Positions 17,459 through 26,504 of a stretch of DNA of 64,000 nt are shown here, in pieces. This stretch comes from Longimicrobiales bacterium. GTDB taxonomy: Bacteria; Gemmatimonadota; Gemmatimonadetes; Longimicrobiales; Gaopeijiaceae. Each line of letters starts with the position of its first letter. Within the stretch, counting starts at the first letter, position 1. A program made the translations under genes and the position numbers. The stretch covers positions 2,048,001 to 2,112,000 of the forward strand of contig CBDBCF010000001.1 in assembly GCA_965202985.1 (NCBI GenBank). The letters run 5' to 3'. The notes beneath the pieces were generated by a model. The model was not told the DNA's origin. It saw only the letters and a program-made list of their open reading frames with translations, and ran no database searches.

Positions 17459-18654
17459 CTGTTTCCTCCGATCTCTCCGGCACTCCACAGTTGGCCCAAG
17501 CGGTATTTCTTCAGCCAATGCGACAGCTTAGCTGGGTCCAGTCGTTTCATGGTTGTCTTGCCGTCATGCTTTTCGCACACCACGACGACGTCCGCGTCTT
17601 CCGTGAGCGCATCAACCAACGTGTCCGAATGCGTGGTGACAACTAACTGACACCGCCGAGAAGCGTCGCGCAGAAGATCGGCCAACTGCGGCAACACGTC
17701 CGGGTGAAGACCCAGCTCAGGTTCCTCCAAGCACACTAGCGGAGGCGGCTCGGGGTCGCACAACACCGTCAACAAGCATAGGTACCTTAGAGTGCCGTCC
17801 GACAATCTCGTCGCGGGAATCATGATGGAGCGTTCCTGCAAAAACAACTGAACGTAGCCGGACGGGACACTAACTGAGAAGTCGGAGATGCCGTCGTACA
17901 GCTGATGCAACGCACTAAGGATGGCCTGCTTAGTGTCGGTCTCCAACGCCAAGCGGCTGAGAACGAGTCCAAGGTTGCTGCCGTCTTCCAACAGAAAGTC
18001 GTTGGGCAGGTCGGGCTTCTGCGGCAGTCTCGGAGCCGTCTTACGCCCGAAGGTCCATTCACGATGCAGACGTATCCTGCCTAATTGTCGACCTAAGTAT
18101 GTGATCTCCGGATAGTGATCCGGATCCTTTCTCTGCGCGAGGATAGATTGGTCGAAATCGACGTCTTCTGGTCGGAGTTGTCGATTTTGCTGCCCGTTGT
18201 CGGGGTCACGGTAGTTCAACGTGGCCCGTCCGCCCTTGGAGGTTAGGTAAATGTACGGGTCGTTCTTGTCAGGATATGGGTGTTGATTCTCGAGTTTTTC
18301 GGTCAGTAGCTCGAAGCGCCCGGCGCTTGCCCCAAATTCCAGGCTATAGCGGAGCGGCTGTTGCCTTCCAGGGTTGTCCACCACGACCTCCAGGCGAGCC
18401 GACGAGGGCCTGGGTTTCCCTCTCCACAGCCAGTCCCCGACTCCTCCGCCTTCCCGGATCGGTACGCGGATGTCGGTTGGCGCGGCGCGCACCAACCCAA
18501 GAGCCTCGATGAAGTTGGACTTTCCGGAACCGTTTGGCCCGATGAGGACGTTCAGAGGCTTCATCCCGAGGGTCGTCTCCGAACCGAACGACAGAACGTT
18601 GCTGAGAGTAACCTCGTGGAGGAACATCGCAGCCTCGGCGTTAGGGTTGTCCAT
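17452..18654 (-). CDS. AAA_21/ABC-type ATPase
   Basis: GPNGSGKS, LSDGT, LEEPELGLHP, TTHS, C-terminal LGQLW..GEIGG; overlaps the DUF4276 start. Confidence 0.9.
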   Translation of the reverse strand: MDNPNAEAAMFLHEVTLSNVLSFGSETTLGMKPLNVLIGPNGSGKSNFIEALGLVRAAPTDIRVPIREGGGVGDWLWRGKPRPSSARLEVVVDNPGRQQPLRYSLEFGASAGRFELLTEKLENQHPYPDKNDPYIYLTSKGGRATLNYRDPDNGQQNRQLRPEDVDFDQSILAQRKDPDHYPEITYLGRQLGRIRLHREWTFGRKTAPRLPQKPDLPNDFLLEDGSNLGLVLSRLALETDTKQAILSALHQLYDGISDFSVSVPSGYVQLFLQERSIMIPATRLSDGTLRYLCLLTVLCDPEPPPLVCLEEPELGLHPDVLPQLADLLRDASRRCQLVVTTHSDTLVDALTEDADVVVVCEKHDGKTTMKRLDPAKLSHWLKKYRLGQLWSAGEIGGNRW

Positions 18655-18822
18655 TATCTCCCCGGACACGGCCGGACGGCCGGAGCGAGTTGGGCCGGAA
18701 TTGCGTGGACGCACGAACGATGCAGGAATCTACGACCGGGCGGCTTCTGCTGCAAGGAGAGCAGGCGAGGTCGGGGGCGGCGACGCCACGCGGGGCCGTC
18801 ACGTTTGCCTCGGCGGAGGCCG

Positions 18823-20067
18823 TCAGCGTCTCCCTCCGATCCTGAAGACGTCCACGTGGTCCAGGTCGAGGCTGTCCTGTCGGATCGCCGCGACGAAACC
18901 GTCTCCGAAGGCGGGGGGCACGAGCGACGAGGTTCCGATCCCCTCTTTCCGGCGCGGCGCCGGCAGGCGGCCCACCAGCGCGCCGTCGGGGTCGAACGCT
19001 TCCCAGTAGTTCCCGCCGTCGCGCTCAACCTCGACGAACATCCTGCCGCCGAGATCCCAAAAGAGATCGGCCACGACGGGCTTGGCGGCGGGGCGGACCG
19101 GACGCCGAGGATCGCAGGATGCACCGGGACGCTCCGCGATCCACTGGTCCCATTCCTCTTCCACGGCGCTCCATTCGGCGTCGCCCACTTCCTCTGCGGT
19201 CAGCACGCGCTCGATCACCCGAACGGTGTCGGCTCCGCGGGTCGCGACGATCTTGTACTCGTCGGTCATGGCCGAGTACCGCAAGCCGTCCGGGCCCGGA
19301 TGCTGGACGCGCCTCGCGCCAAACGGAACCTCGAAGAAGCCGATCATGCCTTCGCCCCACTCGCACATGACGCCCCGGCTCCCCGCCCCCGGCAGCACCT
19401 CGACCGTGTCCGCCGTCTCGCCCTCGGCGCTGTGTCCCACCCACCTGCGGCCCAGGCGCCCAGCCTCGCCGGAACGCACCAGCTCGGTGGCGTAGACTTG
19501 GTTCGGCCCTGCCGAGTAGAATCGAATCTCCGCCGAAGCGCCCATGGCGGCCACCGTCCTGCGCTGCCCCAGCCATTCGCCCCCGGCGGATATCTCGCCG
19601 ATCCGGCCCGCGCCCAGATCAAGCGACAGAAGACGGTCGCCGGCCCATGCGATCGAGTAGAAGAACGGACTGAACTCGCCCGGTCCCTCTCCGCACCTCC
19701 CCATCGTCCGCAAGTGGACGCCGTCCAACCCGAACGCCCTGACCTCGCAGCTAAGCTGGTCGGCCACGTACACGGCCCCGCCCGCCGGGTCCAGCGCGAC
19801 GCTCGACGCCCGCCCGAACTCGTTAGGCGCCTGGCCCCCCAGGATCGAGGTTGGCCCGATCGACGTGACCGGCTGCAGCTCCCACTCGGGCGCCGTTCCC
19901 TCGTTGACGACCCGCACGACGCCGCCCACGGTGTCGACCGTAGTGGAGACGGCGTCGGCCGATGTCCGGTCGGACGCGCCTTCGCCGCCGCAGGCTGCCA
20001 GCATGGCCAACGCGAGTGCGGCCAGTGCCGCGGTCGTCACGGTTGCTCCGGTTGCCGTCCGGTCCAT
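18823..20067 (-). CDS. 6-bladed beta-propeller-type lipoprotein
   Basis: LAACGG lipobox, VYVAD, GRCGEGPGEF; paralogue of 47164-48414. Confidence 0.85.
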   Translation of the reverse strand: MDRTATGATVTTAALAALALAMLAACGGEGASDRTSADAVSTTVDTVGGVVRVVNEGTAPEWELQPVTSIGPTSILGGQAPNEFGRASSVALDPAGGAVYVADQLSCEVRAFGLDGVHLRTMGRCGEGPGEFSPFFYSIAWAGDRLLSLDLGAGRIGEISAGGEWLGQRRTVAAMGASAEIRFYSAGPNQVYATELVRSGEAGRLGRRWVGHSAEGETADTVEVLPGAGSRGVMCEWGEGMIGFFEVPFGARRVQHPGPDGLRYSAMTDEYKIVATRGADTVRVIERVLTAEEVGDAEWSAVEEEWDQWIAERPGASCDPRRPVRPAAKPVVADLFWDLGGRMFVEVERDGGNYWEAFDPDGALVGRLPAPRRKEGIGTSSLVPPAFGDGFVAAIRQDSLDLDHVDVFRIGGRR

Positions 20068-20241
20068 CGTTTGCTCCCATACGCCAAGTAATGTCGTTCC
20101 CGAATCGGAATGCGCCATCGCCCAGAATGCGCCCCGGCCGGCTGTCCGGCAACCCAAGGTTTCGGAAGACGCGCCAACTCGCCATCTTGAGGAAGCATCT
20201 CCCGAAGCCTTAAAGTCCCCAAGCAGCAGGAGCCCCAAACC

Positions 20242-21609
20242 ATGCACGTACTCGCTTGCCGCCCTTTCGTCGCCGCGCGTTCCATCGCCGCGCTCGCCGT
20301 CGCCCTCCTCCTCGCGCTCGCCGCCCCGGCCGCCCACGCCCAGCAGTGGACGCCCTCGGCGCCCGGCAGCGACAACATGGACGTGCTCGGCCACACGCCG
20401 CTGGGGCCGCGCCTGTCGGTGTCGGACCTGGACCTCGAGCAGGAGATGGACCGGCCCTACGCCTATGTCGGCAGGATGGTCTACGGCGACGTGGGTCCCA
20501 AGGGGCTGGACATCGTCTCGATCGCCGACCCCGAGCGCCCTGAGGTCCTGTACGAGTGGCGGATCGAGAACCAGGACCTGCACATGCGGACCGGCGGCAT
20601 GGACGTGAAGCACTTCAAGCTGGACGGGCGCTACTACGTGGTGCAGTCCCTCCAGTTCGGGCAGGGGGGCCCCAACACGGACCTGGGCGCGGTGGTGCTG
20701 GACGTGACCGGCCTGCCGGACCCCTCCACCGTCCGCGAGGTGGCGCGCATCCGCGAGCCCGAGCTTCCCGGCGGCTTTCACAACATCTTCGTCTACAAGC
20801 ACTCCGACGGGCGCGTCCTGCTCTTCGCCACCGTGCGGGGGCCGTTCGCCCACGTGTACGACATGGGCCGGGTGGTGGCGGGCGACTTGGAGAACGCGCT
20901 GGCGGGCCGCGTGCCGGTGCCCGAGTCGGCGGAAGGAAGCGGCTCGGGGCGCGGCTACCACGACTTCTACGTCGGCTACCACCCGGACACCGGCGAGGAC
21001 CGCTTCTACGGCGGCGGCACCGGCGGCTACTACATCTACGACGTGTCCGACTTGGCCGACCCCCAGCTGCGCATCTCGCTGGCCGGCGTCAGCGGCGTGC
21101 GCTACGGCCACACCTTCACGCCCAGCCCCGACGGTCGCTACGTCGTCGCCGAGACCGAGTACCAGTACGCGCCGATCCGCATCTTCGACCTGCAGCCCGC
21201 GCTGGACGGCGAAGTCACCAACATCCGCACGCCGATCTCCGCCTGGACCGCCGACTGGGAGAACCTTGTGCACAACCACGAGGTCCGCTGGCCCTACGTC
21301 TTCGCCTCCGGCTACCTGGACGGCCTGCAGATCTTCTCGCTCATGGACCCGGAGAACCCGGTCACCGTGGGCTACTACGACACCTACGTCGGCCCGCCGA
21401 ACAAGGACCGCTACCCCATGTTCAACGGCGCCTTCGGGGTGGACGTCCGCAACGCCGACGGCCTCGTCGTCGTCAGCGACATGACCACCGGCTTCTGGAC
21501 CTTCAAGATGGAGGGGTTCAGCGGCTGGAACGGCGAGGATTGGGGCGTGCCCAACATTTCGTCCGTCCAGGACTGGGACAACGGCCCGGTCAAGCGGCCG
21601 GTGAGTTGA
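20242..21609 (+). CDS. Secreted LVIVD-repeat beta-propeller protein
   Basis: Signal peptide AHA-Q; GLDIVSIADPERP, YIYDVSDLADP and GLQIFSLMDPENP repeats; His motifs HN, HD, HT, HN. Confidence 0.85.
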   Translation: MHVLACRPFVAARSIAALAVALLLALAAPAAHAQQWTPSAPGSDNMDVLGHTPLGPRLSVSDLDLEQEMDRPYAYVGRMVYGDVGPKGLDIVSIADPERPEVLYEWRIENQDLHMRTGGMDVKHFKLDGRYYVVQSLQFGQGGPNTDLGAVVLDVTGLPDPSTVREVARIREPELPGGFHNIFVYKHSDGRVLLFATVRGPFAHVYDMGRVVAGDLENALAGRVPVPESAEGSGSGRGYHDFYVGYHPDTGEDRFYGGGTGGYYIYDVSDLADPQLRISLAGVSGVRYGHTFTPSPDGRYVVAETEYQYAPIRIFDLQPALDGEVTNIRTPISAWTADWENLVHNHEVRWPYVFASGYLDGLQIFSLMDPENPVTVGYYDTYVGPPNKDRYPMFNGAFGVDVRNADGLVVVSDMTTGFWTFKMEGFSGWNGEDWGVPNISSVQDWDNGPVKRPVS

Positions 21610-21646
21610 CCCAGCGGGACGGCAGGCCGACGAAGGGGGTGCGGCG

Positions 21647-22303
21647 ATGCGGCTGCGACCTGTCGCCATGAGCTGTCGCGCGTTCGTCGCTGGCGCTCCG
21701 TTGATCTGGGCGCTGGCGGGGGCAGTCGGTTCGACGGAGCCGGGCACCCTCGCCTTCGCCAGCGACGCTTCTCGCTTGGATCGCGGCCTTGCAGACGCTG
21801 CATGCCGAACTGCGGCCGCCGTAAGTGGCGCGTCGGCATCCTCCCTCGCGCCCGCCGGCCCCGAGTACTACCAGTTTCCCCTAGTCTCCACGCGCCGGGT
21901 CCCCGGTACCGGGCGCGCCTCGGGGTTGGGCGAAGTGAGCTTCCCGTCGTCCCCCTACGGCGTCGCGCTGACCACCGACGGCAGCTACCGCTACGACTTC
22001 ACGGTCCGTATCGAGCGCTTGGCGCCCGCCCGCGCCGGCGCCTACGTGGTGTGGACGGCGACCCCGGAGCTGGACCAGGTGGCGTTGGCCGGAGAGCTGT
22101 CGGACCCCGCTGGCTTCCAAGGCCGGGTGGACTGGAACAAGTTCTTGGTCGTCGTGACGCTGGAGCCCGCCTTCGACCCGGCCGCGACGACCTGGAGCGG
22201 CCCCGTCGTGATGCGCGGCATGTCGCGCTCCGGCATGATGCACACGATGGCCGGCCACGGTGCCTTCGAGGAAGAGAAGTGTGCCGCATACGGGTACGAG
22301 TGA
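21647..22303 (+). CDS. Hypothetical exported protein with a Met/His-rich C-terminus
   Basis: High-GC codon bias; MRGMSRSGMMHTMAGHG tail; start uncertain. Confidence 0.7.
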   Translation: MRLRPVAMSCRAFVAGAPLIWALAGAVGSTEPGTLAFASDASRLDRGLADAACRTAAAVSGASASSLAPAGPEYYQFPLVSTRRVPGTGRASGLGEVSFPSSPYGVALTTDGSYRYDFTVRIERLAPARAGAYVVWTATPELDQVALAGELSDPAGFQGRVDWNKFLVVVTLEPAFDPAATTWSGPVVMRGMSRSGMMHTMAGHGAFEEEKCAAYGYE

Positions 22304-22315
22304 TCACGCCTTGAC

Positions 22316-22969
22316 TTGGGAGCGAACGACTTGAACCGAACGTTGTTTCCAGAAGTTATCCAGGTGCCGCAACCGTGCGCCGAGCAACGAAACAACCGAC
22401 GATTGTACCATAGCACCGGGTTTCCCGCGCTTCCCATCGGAACCTTCGATATCATATATGCCGACCCGCCTTGGGACTACAAGGGTCAGCTGCAGCACGC
22501 CGGTCCCGGTTCGGCCGATACGGGAGGCGCGGTGCGTCATTATCCTACGGTCAAGCTGACCGACCTAAAGAAACTCGATGTCGGGAGCATTGCTGCTCGT
22601 GACAGCCTATTGTTCATGTGGGCTACAAGTCCGCACTTGGATCAGGCCATTGAGCTGGGCAAGTCATGGGGATTCGACTGGGCGACCGTAGCGTTTGTAT
22701 GGGACAAGGTACGAGTCAATCCCGGCTTCTACACACTCAGCCAGTGCGAACTCTGCTTGGTATTCAAACACGGTCGTATTCCTAGACCTCGTGGTGCGCG
22801 GAACGTGCGACAGCTCGTCAGTGCTAGGCGCGGACCTCACTCGACGAAGCCGGAAGAGGTCCGCCAACGCATTGAACGCATGTTCCCCGACCAAAGACGG
22901 ATCGAGCTCTTTGCAAGAAATACGGTGCCTGGATGGCAATCGTGGGGACTTGAAGCAAATGGGAAGTAA
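22316..22969 (+). CDS. MT-A70 family N6-adenine DNA methyltransferase (M.MunI-like)
   Basis: DIIYADPPW, LFMWAT, WGF, HSTKPEE, IELFAR; start uncertain. Confidence 0.9.
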   Translation: MGANDLNRTLFPEVIQVPQPCAEQRNNRRLYHSTGFPALPIGTFDIIYADPPWDYKGQLQHAGPGSADTGGAVRHYPTVKLTDLKKLDVGSIAARDSLLFMWATSPHLDQAIELGKSWGFDWATVAFVWDKVRVNPGFYTLSQCELCLVFKHGRIPRPRGARNVRQLVSARRGPHSTKPEEVRQRIERMFPDQRRIELFARNTVPGWQSWGLEANGK

Positions 22970-23480
22970 GGCACTATCTAGTCGAGACTTGTGGCAGGAC
23001 CGTGCGGCCGAACGAGGTTGGAATGCGGAATACGTATTCTATCATGCGATGACGCGGCACGTTGCATCATCAGGCATGCTTGTCGACAAGAAGCCAAGCG
23101 ATTTGCTCAAAATATATGTTGCATCAAATGGAGCAAGATATGGCATCAAGCCGGATTTCGCAATTCGGACAGAGACCAGAACAATTTATGTCGAAGTAAA
23201 AAGACAACAAGCTGCCGGCAACGCCCATGAGCGTGCATGCAAGTACTGGACTCCGGGCATACTGGATTCCATGCGTCGCTTGGGCGGGTGGAACGATTCC
23301 AACGCCATTCCCTGCTGGTGGATATTTACCGGCGGCCTTACACGTGATCCGAAGTACCAAGCGGGAATCAGGCATTGGTTCAAAGGCTATGAAGGCCACG
23401 TACTGTTGTGGAAAGACACAGAAGATTACGATGCGCTTACGAGGCACTTTGACACGCACATTAGGTCCTTGTTACTATGA
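22959..23480 (+). CDS. Type II restriction endonuclease, MunI-like
   Basis: GIKPDFAI...EVKRQ (PD-(D/E)xK) and GNAHERACKYWTPG, resembling the MunI/EcoRI GNAxER motif; coupled to the MT-A70 gene. Confidence 0.8.
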   Translation: MGSKALSSRDLWQDRAAERGWNAEYVFYHAMTRHVASSGMLVDKKPSDLLKIYVASNGARYGIKPDFAIRTETRTIYVEVKRQQAAGNAHERACKYWTPGILDSMRRLGGWNDSNAIPCWWIFTGGLTRDPKYQAGIRHWFKGYEGHVLLWKDTEDYDALTRHFDTHIRSLLL

Positions 23481-24665
23481 TTTTGTGCAGTCAGGATTGG
23501 AGTGACAACTTGGTTCGTCCCGACGATAGCGGGCCAGGCGCGGAATGGCGTTGTGCGCCAGATCGAAGTACTGGGCATCTCTTTCCACGCCGATGCTGCG
23601 GTAGCCGACGGCGTTGGCGGCGGCCAATGTCGAGCCGCTGCCGCAGAACGGATCAAGGACGACGCCCTGGGCCAGGGGCAGCACACCTCTGACGACCTGA
23701 CGAAGGAACTGTTGCGGCTTGAGACTGGGATGCGGAGCGAGCGCTCGTTCTTCGGCCCGCGTAGGCGACGAACGGATGACGTCTCCAAATGGCTTTGTCG
23801 GGGAGGGGCGGCGAAAGCCGCCGGTGCCCCACTTGCGGAGGTTGTCTTGCACCCGGCCCTCGAGAGGCTTGCGGAAGACCAGCCACGGTTCCCACATGGA
23901 TCGCGGCATTACGCTGACGCCGCTGAATTCAGTGTGCGCGCCCTTCGGACGATCGCCTCCCCGCATCGTAGTGACCAGCCGGACGATCTCGCCTCGCCGT
24001 TCAAGACCGGCTTGCGCAAGGGAGACGGCGACCAAGTGCGACATCAGCGGACTCGCTGCGACGACGACATTGGCGCCGGGGACGAGCACGGGGTTCAGCG
24101 CCTTTGCCCATCGCACGAAAAACAAGGCCAAGCGGTCCAAGTCCGTGCGCGAGAGCACGGTGAAGCGAGGCAACGGCGATCGAGTCGCTCCGTCGAAGGA
24201 AGGCGGAAGACGCCACACGCCGCCCTTTCGCCTTCGAAGCTTGCCTTGCTCCTTCGCGGAGTACTCGACAAGACCGTAAGGCGGGTCGGTTACGACGGCA
24301 TGAATGGAGTTGGGTTCCCTCGATGCCAGCCACTCGAGACAATCGGCCTTGTACAGCACTGTCCGCCCTATGCAGTGCGTCGGCCATTCCGTTCGTGCGC
24401 CCTCTCCGGGTTCTTCTGGAGCGGGGGGAGGGGTTCGCGTCTCCGTGGCCGAAACCGCCTTCAGCGAGTAATAACCACGGCTCTGGCGAACAAACAGGCG
24501 CGGCGTGTTGAGCCGGAGGTACGAACGCACGCTGGACCTCGGCACCTTGCCGATCGCCTCGTGCACGCCGGCCACGATCTCGGCAACGGAAGCGCCGTGC
24601 GGCCGGTCTGCCAGCACCTCGACTACGGCATCGCGCACTTCGCCCGGCAGTCGTCTCGTCTCCAT
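23475..24665 (-). CDS. Beta-class N4/N6 DNA methyltransferase with an N-terminal winged-HTH-like domain
   Basis: VTDPPY, HPSLKP, LDPFCGSGST; N-terminal SVAEI...VPRSSVRSYL...RGYY. Confidence 0.88.
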   Translation of the reverse strand: METRRLPGEVRDAVVEVLADRPHGASVAEIVAGVHEAIGKVPRSSVRSYLRLNTPRLFVRQSRGYYSLKAVSATETRTPPPAPEEPGEGARTEWPTHCIGRTVLYKADCLEWLASREPNSIHAVVTDPPYGLVEYSAKEQGKLRRRKGGVWRLPPSFDGATRSPLPRFTVLSRTDLDRLALFFVRWAKALNPVLVPGANVVVAASPLMSHLVAVSLAQAGLERRGEIVRLVTTMRGGDRPKGAHTEFSGVSVMPRSMWEPWLVFRKPLEGRVQDNLRKWGTGGFRRPSPTKPFGDVIRSSPTRAEERALAPHPSLKPQQFLRQVVRGVLPLAQGVVLDPFCGSGSTLAAANAVGYRSIGVERDAQYFDLAHNAIPRLARYRRDEPSCHSNPDCTKS

Positions 24666-24670
24666 CCCCG

Positions 24671-24699
24671 AAAATAGGACGTCTGGACGTCTTTGTCAA
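24671..24699 (-). promoter_or_regulatory. Sigma70 promoter TTGACA-N17-TATTTT with two GACGTC palindromes in the spacer
   Basis: Minus strand reads TTGACA aagacgtccagacgtcc TATTTT cgggg ATG. Confidence 0.7.
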
Positions 24700-24807
24700 C
24701 TTGGCGAGCGGCTGGCGGCGGTCAACGAAGGCCGGTATTGTGCATGGCATGCCGTCTCGAGGCGGCGCAATCGAGCCCCCCTGCCCCGAAGATGAAGGAA
24801 GAGCACA

Positions 24808-26490
24808 TTGACTAGGCCGACATCGCTCGCGGGCTTGCTGGTCTTGCAGGCGCTTGCATTCCCTCTTGCCGCCCAGCAGATGGACCACGCGGCCCACGCC
24901 ATGCACAACATGGAGTCGGGCTGGCGGATGCCGCCGATGGACCCGAATATGCCCATGCTCCCCGGACTGGAGGGTGCGCTGCCCCCTGTCGGCGCGTTCT
25001 TGGCGGGGGCGGGGGTCGACCTGGCCGCGTTGCCCGAGGCCCGGCCCAGCGAGCCCGTCCGGTTGGGGCCGTGGGACACGCTGAACGTGGACGTGACGCT
25101 TGTGCGGCGGACGCTGGCCGGCCACACGGCGGCGATGTACGGCTACAACGGCCAGTATCCGGGTCCGTTCATCCAGGCGCCGCAGGGCTCGACGGTGGTC
25201 GTCCGCGTCACCAACCGGATCGAGGCGGAGACGACCGTCCACTGGCATGGGCTTCGACTGGACAACCGCTTCGACGGCGTGCCCGGCGTGACCCAGCCGC
25301 CGATCGCGCCGGGCGAGTCGTTCGTCTATGAACTGAAGGTCCCGGACGCCGGGATGTTCTGGTATCACCCCCACATGCGTGAGGACGTGCAGCAGGACCT
25401 GGGCCTCTACGGCAACCTGCTGGTGTCCTCTCCCGACCCGGACCACTATGGCCCCGCCCACCGGGAGGAGCTGCTGGTCCTGGACGACATCCTCATGGAC
25501 GGCCACGGCCTGATCCCATGGGGCGAAGAGGCGCCCACGCACGCGCTCATGGGGCGGTTCGGCAACGTCATGCTTGTCAATGGCGCGACGGGACACGCCT
25601 TGGAGGCCGCGCCCGGCGAAGTCGTCCGCTTCTTCATCACCAACGTGGCCAACACGCGCACATTCAACGTGACCTTCGGGCCGGCGCGCGTAAAGCTGGT
25701 GGCGTCCGACGTGGGCCGCTTCGAGCGCGAGACGTGGGTGTCGAGCGTGGTCGTCGCCCCCGCGGAGCGCTACGTGGTGGACGTGTCGTTCCCGGAGGCG
25801 GGCCAAGCGGCGATCGCCAACACCATCCAGGCGGTGAACCACTTCCGGGGCGAGTTCTACCCCCACGTGGACACGCTTGCGACGGTGCGCGTCTCGGGTC
25901 CGCCGGTTCGGGACGCGGTGACCGAGGCGTTCGCAACGTTGCGGGAGCACGCCGAAGTTGCCGCCGAAACCGAACCCCTGCGCGCCCACCTGGGCCGCCC
26001 GCCCGACCACGTCCTGGAGGCCACCGTCCGCGTCCAGGGCTTGCCCCTGCCGATCGTCCGCTCCATGGAGGCCGACACGCTGTACGTGCCCCCCATGGAG
26101 TGGAACGACGCCATGCCCATGATGAACTGGCTCTCCACCGGGACACAAGTCACGTGGGTGCTGCGGGACGGCGCGACCGGCCGCGAGAACGAAGCGATCC
26201 ACTGGCGCTTCAAGGTGGGCGACTTGGTCAAGGTGCGCGTCTTCAATTCGCCCGATTCGTTTCACCCCATGAACCACCCGGTGCATGTGCACGGCCAGCG
26301 CTTCGTCGTGCTGGCCCGCGACGACGTGCCCAACGACAACCTTGTGTGGAAGGACACCGCGATCGTCCCCGTGGGCTCAACCATGGACATCCTGGTCGAG
26401 ATGTCCAACCCAGGCGACTGGATGCTGCACTGTCACATCGCCGAACACCTGCACGCCGGCATGATGATGCACTTCACGGTAGAGGGCTGA
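24808..26490 (+). CDS. Multicopper oxidase
   Basis: HWHG, WYHPH, HPVHVHG, HCHIAEHLHAGMM; signal peptide and Met/His-rich N-terminus. Confidence 0.95.
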   Translation: MTRPTSLAGLLVLQALAFPLAAQQMDHAAHAMHNMESGWRMPPMDPNMPMLPGLEGALPPVGAFLAGAGVDLAALPEARPSEPVRLGPWDTLNVDVTLVRRTLAGHTAAMYGYNGQYPGPFIQAPQGSTVVVRVTNRIEAETTVHWHGLRLDNRFDGVPGVTQPPIAPGESFVYELKVPDAGMFWYHPHMREDVQQDLGLYGNLLVSSPDPDHYGPAHREELLVLDDILMDGHGLIPWGEEAPTHALMGRFGNVMLVNGATGHALEAAPGEVVRFFITNVANTRTFNVTFGPARVKLVASDVGRFERETWVSSVVVAPAERYVVDVSFPEAGQAAIANTIQAVNHFRGEFYPHVDTLATVRVSGPPVRDAVTEAFATLREHAEVAAETEPLRAHLGRPPDHVLEATVRVQGLPLPIVRSMEADTLYVPPMEWNDAMPMMNWLSTGTQVTWVLRDGATGRENEAIHWRFKVGDLVKVRVFNSPDSFHPMNHPVHVHGQRFVVLARDDVPNDNLVWKDTAIVPVGSTMDILVEMSNPGDWMLHCHIAEHLHAGMMMHFTVEG

Positions 26491-26504
26491 CCAGGCGGGC
26501 GATC

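Noticed and set aside
18823..21747. 974-aa minus-strand ORF
   Set aside because: Only 18823-20067 is a plausible lipoprotein; the rest is antisense to the LVIVD gene.
25518..26504. Apparent N-terminal extension of HipA
   Set aside because: It overlaps the oxidase in another frame; the plausible start is ATG 26505/26508.
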